Assembly: GCA_964235615.1 (NCBI GenBank)
Contig: CAXSEE010000001.1
Location: 200 to 64,199, forward strand
Direction of reading: 5' to 3'
DNA: 64,000 nucleotides
Source of the DNA: an uncultured Acetobacteraceae bacterium
GTDB lineage: Bacteria > Pseudomonadota > Alphaproteobacteria > Acetobacterales > Acetobacteraceae
Position numbers and translations under genes: made by a program. The notes under the pieces are model-generated. The model was not told where the DNA came from and made no database searches. It saw only the letters and a list, made by a program, of their open reading frames with translations. Shown here in pieces: positions 40,383 through 48,403 of the stretch; position 1 is the stretch's first letter; the number at the start of each line of letters is the position of its first letter.

Positions 40383-41234
40383 ATGGATCATCTCAACGAC
40401 TGGATCGTCCAGCACAAGATCCCGCTCGGAAGCTGGGTTTCCGACATCGTCGAGTTCGTCAAGACTCACTTCGCCGGCCTGTTCGACGGCACTTCGGATA
40501 TCGTCGGCGCCTGCGCGGACAGCCTGACCGCCGCCCTGGTCTGGGTGCCGCCGGTGATCATGGTGGTCCTGCTCACGGCATTGATCTTCGCAATACGGCG
40601 TTCCTGGAAACTATGCGTGTTCGTGGCCCTGGCGCTGCTGTTCATCGTCAACCAGGGCTACTGGTCCGACACCATGAGCACCTTGTCGCTGATCCTGTTC
40701 GCCACCGTGATCTCGATGGCCATAGGCGTGCCGGTCGGCATCGTCTGCGCGCACCGGCCGATGGTGCAGAAATTCATGCATCCGCTGCTCGACCTCATGC
40801 AGACGCTGCCGACCTTCGTGTATCTGATCCCGACCCTGGTATTGTTCGGATTGGGTGCCGTGCCGGGCATCATATCGACCATCGTCTTCGCCATTGCCGC
40901 ACCGATCCGGATGACGCAGCTCGGCATCTCGTCGGTGCCGCGCAGCCTGATCGAGGCCGGCGACGCATTCGGCGCCACGCGCTGGCAGCGTCTGTGGAAA
41001 ATCGAATTGCCCAGCGCCCTGCCCATGATCCAGGCCGGCCTCACCCAGTGCATCATGCTGAGCCTGTCGATGGTCGTGATCGCCGCCCTGGTCGGCGCGG
41101 GCGGGCTCGGGGTTCCGGTCGTGCGTGCCCTGAACACGGTGCAGGTGGATATCGGCTTCGAGGCCGGATTCGCCATCGTGCTCGTCGCCATCATCCTCGA
41201 TCGAAGCTGCCGCCGGCGGGAGCAGGGACGTTGA
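40383..41234 (+). CDS. choW: Choline/glycine betaine ABC permease
   Basis: KIPLG, DLMQTLPTFVYLIP, SMVVIAALVGAGGLG. Confidence 0.9.
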   Translation: MDHLNDWIVQHKIPLGSWVSDIVEFVKTHFAGLFDGTSDIVGACADSLTAALVWVPPVIMVVLLTALIFAIRRSWKLCVFVALALLFIVNQGYWSDTMSTLSLILFATVISMAIGVPVGIVCAHRPMVQKFMHPLLDLMQTLPTFVYLIPTLVLFGLGAVPGIISTIVFAIAAPIRMTQLGISSVPRSLIEAGDAFGATRWQRLWKIELPSALPMIQAGLTQCIMLSLSMVVIAALVGAGGLGVPVVRALNTVQVDIGFEAGFAIVLVAIILDRSCRRREQGR

Positions 41235-42496
41235 GCATCGCCATCGAGTTCCGCGATGTGGACATCCTGTTCGGCGCCAGAAGCCGCGATGCACGCGCCA
41301 AAGCGTTGCGCATGCTGGACGAAGGCAGGACGCGCACGGAGATCAGCGATGCCGCCGGCGTCCTGGTCGGCGTCGCCGGCGCCAGCCTCGCCGTCGAGCG
41401 TGGCGAGATCAGCGTGCTGATGGGGCTGTCAGGCTCCGGCAAGTCGAGCCTGCTGCGGGCGGCGAACGGGCTGAACCGCGCCGACCGCGGCTCCGTCCTG
41501 GTCGGCAACGGCCTCGCTTCAGTGGATATCACGCGCTGCGGGCCGGACGAACTGCGCACGATGCGACGCCAGCGCCTGGCCATGGTGTTCCAGCAATTCG
41601 CCCTGCTGCCCTGGCGGACGGTGCGTGAGAATGTGGGGCTGGGCCTCGAACTGAGCCATATGCCGGCCAGGCAGAGGGCGGAGATCGTCGATGAAAAGCT
41701 CAAGCTGGTCGGGCTCGATCGCTGGGCAGACTCCTATGCCAGCCAGCTTTCGGGCGGCATGCAGCAGCGTGTCGGGCTGGCCCGCGCCTTCGCCACGGAA
41801 GCCGATATCCTGCTGATGGACGAGCCCTTCTCGGCCCTCGACCCGCTGATCCGAAGCCGGCTGCAGGATGAGCTACTCGACCTGCAGGCGCGCGCCCGCA
41901 AGACCATCCTGTTCGTCAGCCACGACGTGGACGAGGCGCTCAAGCTGGGCACGCATATCTCGATCATGCGGGACGGACGCATCGTGCAGACCGGCACGCA
42001 GGATGACATCATTCTCAATCCGGCTGACAGCTATGTGTCGGACTTCGTCGGCCACATGAACCCGCTGAGCGTGCTGCGCGCCGCCACCGTCATGAAGGCC
42101 GTTATCGACCTCGTTCCAGGTCCGGATGATCATGTCTGGATCGATACGCAACGAAACTATCGGTTGCGGCTGGACGGGCAGGGATGCGCCTCGACGGTAA
42201 AACACGGACCGCAAGACATCCCTCTCACCATCCTGGACGAAGTGCGTCCCGACCAGACTAGTCCGACCGGTATCGTCGGCGTTCCGAGAACCACATTGTT
42301 GTGCCACGTCATCCGGCTGCGCCAGACAACCGGGCATCCGGTATTGGTGACGGATAATGGCTGCATCGCGGGTGTCTGCGATGATAGCGAGATCCTCGCC
42401 GCCCTGTCGGGTAGCAAGCGTCTCGCTCCGCCCGCAATTCAGCCCGTCGGTCATCGTGCCCCGGAGCGTGTCAACCGGGTTGTCGGCCTGCCTTAG
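41231..42496 (+). CDS. choV: Choline/glycine betaine ABC ATPase
   Basis: GLSGSGKS, MVFQQFALLPW, LSGGMQQR, DEPFSALDPLIR; TTG 41231 overlaps the choW stop. Confidence 0.9.
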   Translation: MSIAIEFRDVDILFGARSRDARAKALRMLDEGRTRTEISDAAGVLVGVAGASLAVERGEISVLMGLSGSGKSSLLRAANGLNRADRGSVLVGNGLASVDITRCGPDELRTMRRQRLAMVFQQFALLPWRTVRENVGLGLELSHMPARQRAEIVDEKLKLVGLDRWADSYASQLSGGMQQRVGLARAFATEADILLMDEPFSALDPLIRSRLQDELLDLQARARKTILFVSHDVDEALKLGTHISIMRDGRIVQTGTQDDIILNPADSYVSDFVGHMNPLSVLRAATVMKAVIDLVPGPDDHVWIDTQRNYRLRLDGQGCASTVKHGPQDIPLTILDEVRPDQTSPTGIVGVPRTTLLCHVIRLRQTTGHPVLVTDNGCIAGVCDDSEILAALSGSKRLAPPAIQPVGHRAPERVNRVVGLP

Positions 42497-42546
42497 GGCA
42501 GCCGTTGCCGGTCGTACACATTAAGCGGAACTCGCTCGGCCTTGTC

Positions 42547-42571
42547 CGAACCGCCGCATCGCTACGTGGTT
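42547..42571 (+). promoter_or_regulatory. Candidate EcfG/sigma-T general stress promoter
   Basis: CGAAC-N16-GGTT versus consensus GGAAC-N16-CGTT, 50 nt upstream of a YciF-like gene. Confidence 0.35.
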
Positions 42572-42621
42572 GTCGCCGCGACGATCCGGTCAACACGACC
42601 GGCGTGCGTAGGAGAGCAATC

Positions 42622-43101
42622 ATGGCTGAAGACAACTTGAAGCAGCTGGTCGAACATGGACTTGCGGCGATGAAGGCCGGAAGCGAGGTGGCGGCGCGGG
42701 CAACGGCGGAGATCAGCAACGACGCCAAGCACCCGGCGCTCAAGGATGCGCTGGAGACGGGCAACCACACGTCCAAGCAGTGGGCCGAACGCATCGATCG
42801 CGCGCGGCAGCAGGTGGGCGAGGGTCCCGCGCATGACAATCCGATCCTGGAGGCGCATTACGAGGTCAGCCAGCGCATCCGGCAGCACGCGCCCGATGAC
42901 AGGTCGCGCGATCTCGGCATCATCGCCAATGGCCAGTTCGCGCTGCACTACTGGATCGCGGCATTTGGGACGATGGCACGCTACACCAAGCAACTCGGCA
43001 TGGAGGATGTGGCGCGCGACATGAAAAGCTCTGCCGACGAAGCCAAGCAGGCGGACGAGAAGCACAGCGCGCTCGCCGAGCAGATCTTGCAGCAGGGCTG
43101 A
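42622..43101 (+). CDS. Ferritin-like DUF892 (YciE/YciF-like) stress protein
   Basis: Helical 159 aa; ALHYWIAAFGT, EAKQADEKHS.LAE; RBS AGGAGAG. Confidence 0.75.
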   Translation: MAEDNLKQLVEHGLAAMKAGSEVAARATAEISNDAKHPALKDALETGNHTSKQWAERIDRARQQVGEGPAHDNPILEAHYEVSQRIRQHAPDDRSRDLGIIANGQFALHYWIAAFGTMARYTKQLGMEDVARDMKSSADEAKQADEKHSALAEQILQQG

Positions 43102-43172
43102 CGGCGCAGTACGCGCGCCACGGCTTGCCCGCCTTCTTCTGCCCTTGGGGCCAGCAGTAGGCGGGCGCTGGC

Positions 43173-43202
43173 CACTGTCATGCCCTCTGGCAGGGCGCAG
43201 TG
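43173..43202. terminator. Hairpin between convergent genes, possible bidirectional terminator
   Basis: CACTG/CAGTG and GCCCT/AGGGC arms; no clear U-tract. Confidence 0.3.
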
Positions 43203-43207
43203 TCCGT

Positions 43208-43747
43208 CTAACCCCCGCCCGGCTCCTTCAGCCGGGCCATGGAGTAGCCATCGACGAGCTTGCCCGCTCTGAGGAGGTGCCCGCGATGCGTGCCCTCGAT
43301 CTCGAAGCCAAACCGCCGGTAGAGGGCGAGGGCTGGAAGATTGTCGGTGTTCACTTCCAGTTCGAGCCGTCGCAGGCCCAGCCAATTATCGGCCAGATCG
43401 ACCAGTGCCGCCATAAGCGCCGTCCCGATCCCACGTCCGACCCAATCATCGTGCACGCCCATGCCGATCCGGCCGACATGGGCTCGACGGCCACTCAACC
43501 GGTCAAGGGCGGCGTTCCCGATAATTTCGCCGTCGAGAACGGCCACCAGACTACGTCCACCAGGAAGGCCCTTTTCCAGACGGCTCCTGACGTCCTCCGG
43601 TGGTTCGAAAGGAATGCGGGTCGTTCCCCAACAAAAGCCGGGCAGGTTTATCAGCATGGTAAGAGCGTCGGCGTCTTGCGCGCGAACCGCACGCAGGACC
43701 AGGCCAGGGGGCGGCCGTCTTGTCGTCTCCGATAGATCGTCAACCAT
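43208..43747 (-). CDS. GNAT N-acetyltransferase (YhhY/AaaT-like)
   Basis: IGMGVHDDWVGRGIGTALM, LELEVNTDNLPALALYRRFGF.IEG. Confidence 0.88.
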   Translation of the reverse strand: MVDDLSETTRRPPPGLVLRAVRAQDADALTMLINLPGFCWGTTRIPFEPPEDVRSRLEKGLPGGRSLVAVLDGEIIGNAALDRLSGRRAHVGRIGMGVHDDWVGRGIGTALMAALVDLADNWLGLRRLELEVNTDNLPALALYRRFGFEIEGTHRGHLLRAGKLVDGYSMARLKEPGGG

Positions 43748-43827
43748 TGGGTCTCCTTCCGGGATCTGGTGGGGAAGGGGAAATCTTCCCGGTATATAGT
43801 GACCTCTTAACGACGGCAGATTGCGCC

Positions 43828-44301
43828 ATGGAAGAGCGTTCCTACACCCACCTGCGAAAAGACTTGCGAGACAGGATCGTCACGCCGGTTTGGCCCAGCG
43901 GCGTCCGACCCGCGCCATTTGTTGCCGATCGATATTTGAAGCCAGCGCACGACCTCCTTGCCGAAGCATATGAACATGGAGGTGGTCATGTCAGGTCATT
44001 GAACGACTGGTGGTCTGCCTTGAGCGCGGACCCGGAATATGATCCAGCGGTCTTCTTCCTGGCTCTGGATGGCATGGATCACGTGATCGGACTGGCACAA
44101 TGCTGGACAGGAAGCTTTCTCAAGGATCTGGTTGTGTCTAAAGCATGGCGGCGCATGGGAGTCGGCGAGGCTCTCCTGCTTCACGCCTTTGCCGTCTTCA
44201 GGCGGCGCGGTTCGACGCATTTCGATCTGAAGGTCGAAGATGAAAACCCGTCAGGAGCTGAACGCCTCTACCACCGGATGGGAATGACGCCGGTCGGATA
44301 A
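43828..44301 (+). CDS. GNAT N-acetyltransferase
   Basis: DLVVSKAWRRMGVGEALL, LKVEDENPSGAERLYHRMG; start chosen at ATG 43828, uncertain. Confidence 0.8.
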   Translation: MEERSYTHLRKDLRDRIVTPVWPSGVRPAPFVADRYLKPAHDLLAEAYEHGGGHVRSLNDWWSALSADPEYDPAVFFLALDGMDHVIGLAQCWTGSFLKDLVVSKAWRRMGVGEALLLHAFAVFRRRGSTHFDLKVEDENPSGAERLYHRMGMTPVG

Positions 44302-44664
44302 TCCATATCCGCTGCCCGTTCACAGCACGCGCCTGACGGTGCGACTGAGCCGGAGCAGCCTCGTCTGCGTCCAGGTCAAAGCCAGTCAGCCGGTCTACCC
44401 AGCGGTAGCTCCGCCTCACATGACCGATGAACAGGCCGGCGAGTGCAACGTTGTTGTTGGATCGAACCCGAACCGATTCCCGGAGTGGGATCAATCGGCC
44501 TTCGCAGGTCTCCCGTTGGTGCGACCCGGCGGCAGCTCGGTCCTCCGCCTTGACATCCTGGGCCTGGACACCGCCCTGTCTTGCCGCATCGTTCCATGCC
44601 GGCTCCGGTAACCGCCTATGGTACTGGAGCGTTAGATTGCCCGACAGGGAAGGTTCCAGGGTTC

Positions 44665-45861
44665 ATGCGGCATATCCATCTCGATCCGCTGGGCGGCACC
44701 GCCGGCGACATGTTCGTCGCCGCCATGCTCGACGGCTTCCCGGAACATCAAGACGATGTGATCCGCGCGGTGCAGGGGCTCGCCGGGGTTGCCTGCCGGC
44801 TGGTGGCCCATGATGACGGCACGCTTACGGGCCGGCGCTTCGAGGTGGATGAACCGGTCCATGATCACGCGCATCATCATCACCATGATCACACGCACTG
44901 GAGCGAGATTCGCGGCCGTCTCGAGGTCGCCGACCTGCCGCCGCTGGTCAGGCAGCATGCGATCGGCATCTTCACCGGCTTGGCCGAGGCGGAAGCGCGG
45001 GTGCATGGCGTGTCGCCGGACGAGGTGGTGTTCCACGAGGTCGGCGCCGCGGACTCCATTGCCGATATCGTCGCCGCGGCCTGGATGATCGCCGCGATCG
45101 GCCCGGCGAGCTGGAGCATCGCACCTCTGCCGATCGGTTCCGGCCGCGTCCACACCGCACATGGCTGGATGCCGGTTCCGGCGCCGGCCACGGCTATCTT
45201 GCTGGAGGGGTTCGCGACCCATGACGACGGTGTGCCGGGCGAGCGGGTGACGCCGACCGGAGCCGCGATCCTGCGTCATCTCGGCGGCACCACTGGCCGC
45301 CGCCCGGCTGGCATACTGCGCCGGTCCGGCTTCGGTTTCGGCACGCGCAAGCTGCCCGGGCTCAGCAATTGCCTGCGCGTGCTGGTGTTCGACGCCGAAC
45401 AGGCCGAGGCTAAGGCCGCCGGGCATCGGGAGCTGGCGGTGGTCAGCTTCGAGATCGACGACCAGTCGGGCGAGGAACTGGCAGCCGGGCTCGCGCGTGT
45501 GCGCGGCATCGATGGCGTGCATGACGTCGTCCAGATGGCGGCGTTCGGCAAGAAAGGGAGATTTGCGGTGCATGTGCAGGTCCTGGCTCGTCCCGATACG
45601 CTCGAAGCCGTGATCGCGGCCTGCTTCAGCGAGACCACGACGATCGGCCTGCGTACGCATATCGTGCAGGGACGGGCATTGACGCGGCGTTTCGCCGACG
45701 TGCCGGTGGAGGGTCGCGAGGTGCGGGTGAAACTGGTCGAGCGTCCCGATGGCGTGACTGGCAAGGTGGAGGCGGATCACGTGCAAGGTCTCGCCGGGCA
45801 TGCGGCGCGAACCCGTCTGCGACGCGATGCCGAACGCCGCGCGGAGGACGGCCTGGAATGA
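44665..45861 (+). CDS. larC: Nickel-pincer cofactor nickel insertase
   Basis: HLDPLGGTAGDMF, His-rich HDHAHHHHHDHTH, FHEVGAADSIADI, TPTGAAIL, IDDQSGE, ETTTIGLR. Confidence 0.92.
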   Translation: MRHIHLDPLGGTAGDMFVAAMLDGFPEHQDDVIRAVQGLAGVACRLVAHDDGTLTGRRFEVDEPVHDHAHHHHHDHTHWSEIRGRLEVADLPPLVRQHAIGIFTGLAEAEARVHGVSPDEVVFHEVGAADSIADIVAAAWMIAAIGPASWSIAPLPIGSGRVHTAHGWMPVPAPATAILLEGFATHDDGVPGERVTPTGAAILRHLGGTTGRRPAGILRRSGFGFGTRKLPGLSNCLRVLVFDAEQAEAKAAGHRELAVVSFEIDDQSGEELAAGLARVRGIDGVHDVVQMAAFGKKGRFAVHVQVLARPDTLEAVIAACFSETTTIGLRTHIVQGRALTRRFADVPVEGREVRVKLVERPDGVTGKVEADHVQGLAGHAARTRLRRDAERRAEDGLE

Positions 45862-46679
45862 GCATGACCCCCCTGGAGCGGCTCCACGCTGAATTATCCA
45901 GCCTGGACCAGGCAGCGATCGCCGTCAGCGGCGGCATCGACAGCCTGACCCTGGCCACGGCGGCGCACCGGCTGCTCGGCGCGCGTGTAAGTATGCATCA
46001 CGCGACGTCGCCGGCGGTGCCGGGCGAGGCGACCGCGCGCACGCGAGCCCTGGCAGCGCGTGAAGGCTGGTCGCTGGACGTGTTCGACGCCGGCGAGTTC
46101 GACGATCCCGATTATCGCGCGAACCCGGTCAACCGCTGCTTCTTCTGCAAGACCAACCTGTATGGAGCCGTGGCAGGGCGGACCGCGCGGACCATTCTGT
46201 CCGGCACCAATCTCGATGATCTCGGCGAGTATCGTCCCGGGCTTGACGCGGCGCGGCGATATGCGGTCCGGCATCCCTTCGTGCAGGCGCAGATCGACAA
46301 GCGGACGGTGCGCGCCCTGGCATTGCAGCTCGGGATGGGCCAACTCGGGCTGGGGGACCTGTCGGAGCTGCCATCGGCGCCCTGTCTTTCGAGCCGCATC
46401 GAGACCGGCATCCGGATCGAGCCGCGCGTGCTCTCGATGGTGCATGAAGTGGAGAAGCACGTGATCCTGACGCTGGCCCCACGCACCGTGCGTTGCCGCG
46501 TGCGCGCCGGCGGCATGGTCATCGAGCTGGACCAGGCTGCCTTGGACGCCCTGGATGCCGGGCGGACTGCACAGCTCGGCACCGAGCTGGCGGCGTTCGG
46601 ACGCGCGGCCGGCCTGGATGGGCCGGTCGGTTTCGCGCCCTATCGCAACGGCAGTGCCTTCGTGCGCAGGCTCGCATGA
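45858..46679 (+). CDS. larE: Nickel-pincer cofactor ATP-dependent sulfur transferase
   Basis: PP-loop SGGIDS, NRCFFCK, GTNLDDLGEYRPG, PSAPCLSSRI; ATGA-coupled. Confidence 0.92.
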   Translation: MSMTPLERLHAELSSLDQAAIAVSGGIDSLTLATAAHRLLGARVSMHHATSPAVPGEATARTRALAAREGWSLDVFDAGEFDDPDYRANPVNRCFFCKTNLYGAVAGRTARTILSGTNLDDLGEYRPGLDAARRYAVRHPFVQAQIDKRTVRALALQLGMGQLGLGDLSELPSAPCLSSRIETGIRIEPRVLSMVHEVEKHVILTLAPRTVRCRVRAGGMVIELDQAALDALDAGRTAQLGTELAAFGRAAGLDGPVGFAPYRNGSAFVRRLA

Positions 46680-47326
46680 GCGATTTCACCCTCGATGAGG
46701 AGCGGACCGGCCGTATCGGCTTCGGCGAGGCGGTGTTCTGCGCCGGCAAGTCGGTGGCGCAGATCGCGTCGATCCTGTCCGCGGCCAAGGCACCGATGCT
46801 GCTGACACGGCTGGAGCCGGAGCGATTTGCCGAATTGCCTGCGACGCAGCGGGATCTTCTCGATTACGATCCGCTCTCCCGCACCGCGTTCTCCGGGGCG
46901 CCGGCCGCACTCGCCGGGCCGGCGCGGATCGCGATCGTCACCGCCGGGACCTCGGACCTGCCGGTGGCGCGGGAAGCCGCCAGGACGCTCGCCTTCAACG
47001 GCCATGACGCGACGCTGATCGCCGATGTCGGCGTGGCCGGCTTGTGGCGGCTGATGCGCCGACTGGAGACATTGCGCAGCGTGCCGGTGCTGATCGTCGC
47101 GGCTGGTATGGATGCCGCACTGCCGAGCGTGATCGGTGGCCTGGTCGCCGGCGTGATCATCGCAGTCCCCACCTCGGTGGGATACGGCGTCGCCGCCGGT
47201 GGTCACACCGCCCTGAACGCCATCCTGGCGAGCTGTGCGCCGGGTATTGTAACCGTCAACATCGATAACGGCTATGGCGCAGCCTGTGCCGCCATGCGCG
47301 TGTTGGGAATGGGATCCGGGGCCTAG
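46676..47326 (+). CDS. larB: Nickel-pincer cofactor carboxylase/hydrolase (PurE-like)
   Basis: R.GFGEAVFCAGK, AGTSDLPVA, DVGVAGLWRL, AGMDAALPSV, PTSVGYG, NIDNGYGAA; ATG 46676. Confidence 0.93.
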   Translation: MSDFTLDEERTGRIGFGEAVFCAGKSVAQIASILSAAKAPMLLTRLEPERFAELPATQRDLLDYDPLSRTAFSGAPAALAGPARIAIVTAGTSDLPVAREAARTLAFNGHDATLIADVGVAGLWRLMRRLETLRSVPVLIVAAGMDAALPSVIGGLVAGVIIAVPTSVGYGVAAGGHTALNAILASCAPGIVTVNIDNGYGAACAAMRVLGMGSGA

Positions 47327-47350
47327 GCTCCACCGATAGGAGAGTTCACC

Positions 47351-48403
47351 ATGGAAAGACGCAGCTTCATCAAGGCTACAGCCCTGGGAGTGGCGGCAGC
47401 CGCCGCAGCCAAGGTCGCGCATGCCCAGGTCGAGACCAGCCAGGGAGGGGTGGTGCGCGCCACCGGGCCGGTGACCTCGCGGATTGCCGAACATCCGGAC
47501 ATGAAATACCGCCCGCTTGGCCGCACCGGCGAGCGCGTGTCGCTGGTCGGCATGGGGGGATACCACCTGGCCAAGCCGGGAGGTGCGACCAACGCCGAGG
47601 CGACCCGGCTCGTGCATGCGGGGATCGAGGCGGGCATCAACTTCTGCGACAATTGCTGGGACTATAACGGCGGCGAGAGCGAGGTTCGGCTCGGCCGCGC
47701 ACTGACGCAAGGCTGGCGCAACCGCGTCTTTCTCATGACCAAGATCGACGGCCGCACCGCCAAGGCAGCGATGAGCCAGATCGAGCAGTCTCTCACCCGG
47801 CTGCAGACCGACCATGTCGACCTGTTGCAGTTCCACGAGATCATCCGCATGGACGATCCCGAGCGGGTATTCGCCCAGGGTGGCGCGCTGGAAGCCGTGC
47901 TCAAGGCACGCGAGCAGGGCAAGCTGCGCTACATCGGCTTCACCGGGCACAAGAGCCCGGCGATTCACAAGCATATGTTCGACGTGGCCGACCAGCATGA
48001 TTTCCACTTCGACACCGTGCAGATGCCGCTGAACGTCATGGATGCGCATTTCGACAGCTTCGAGCAGGGCGTGCTGCCGGTCGCCCTGGCGCATGGCACG
48101 GCGGTGATGGGCATGAAGGCGTTCGGCGACCCGTTCATCCTCGACACCAAGGCGGTGTCGCCGATCGAGATGCTGCACTATCCGATGAGCCTGCCGATCG
48201 CGTTGCAGATCACCGGCATCGACAAGATGGAGATCCTGCATCAGGCGTTGGAGGCCGTGCGTACCTTCAAGCCGTTCACCCCCGAGCAGCGCGCGTCGAT
48301 CCTCGATCGCACGGCCGAACTGGCGAAGGACGGACATACCGAGAAGTACAAGATTTCGCATCAGTTCGACGGAACGGTGCATAACCCGCAATGGCTGGGC
48401 TAG
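47351..48403 (+). CDS. Tat-exported aldo-keto reductase-fold protein, candidate nickel-pincer-dependent enzyme
   Basis: MERRSFIK...AHA signal; DNCWDY, FLMTK, DLLQFHE, GFTGHK, MPLN, MKAFG; RBS AGGAGAG, 24 bp after larB. Confidence 0.85.
   Translation: MERRSFIKATALGVAAAAAAKVAHAQVETSQGGVVRATGPVTSRIAEHPDMKYRPLGRTGERVSLVGMGGYHLAKPGGATNAEATRLVHAGIEAGINFCDNCWDYNGGESEVRLGRALTQGWRNRVFLMTKIDGRTAKAAMSQIEQSLTRLQTDHVDLLQFHEIIRMDDPERVFAQGGALEAVLKAREQGKLRYIGFTGHKSPAIHKHMFDVADQHDFHFDTVQMPLNVMDAHFDSFEQGVLPVALAHGTAVMGMKAFGDPFILDTKAVSPIEMLHYPMSLPIALQITGIDKMEILHQALEAVRTFKPFTPEQRASILDRTAELAKDGHTEKYKISHQFDGTVHNPQWLG

Noticed and set aside
44339-44611. 90-aa ORF upstream of larC, and a possible nickel or cobalamin riboswitch there
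   Set aside because: No convincing protein motif and no recognisable riboswitch consensus; needs an Rfam scan.
44665-45861. Programmed frameshift as in the split larC1/larC2 of Lactobacillus
   Set aside because: larC is one continuous ORF here.
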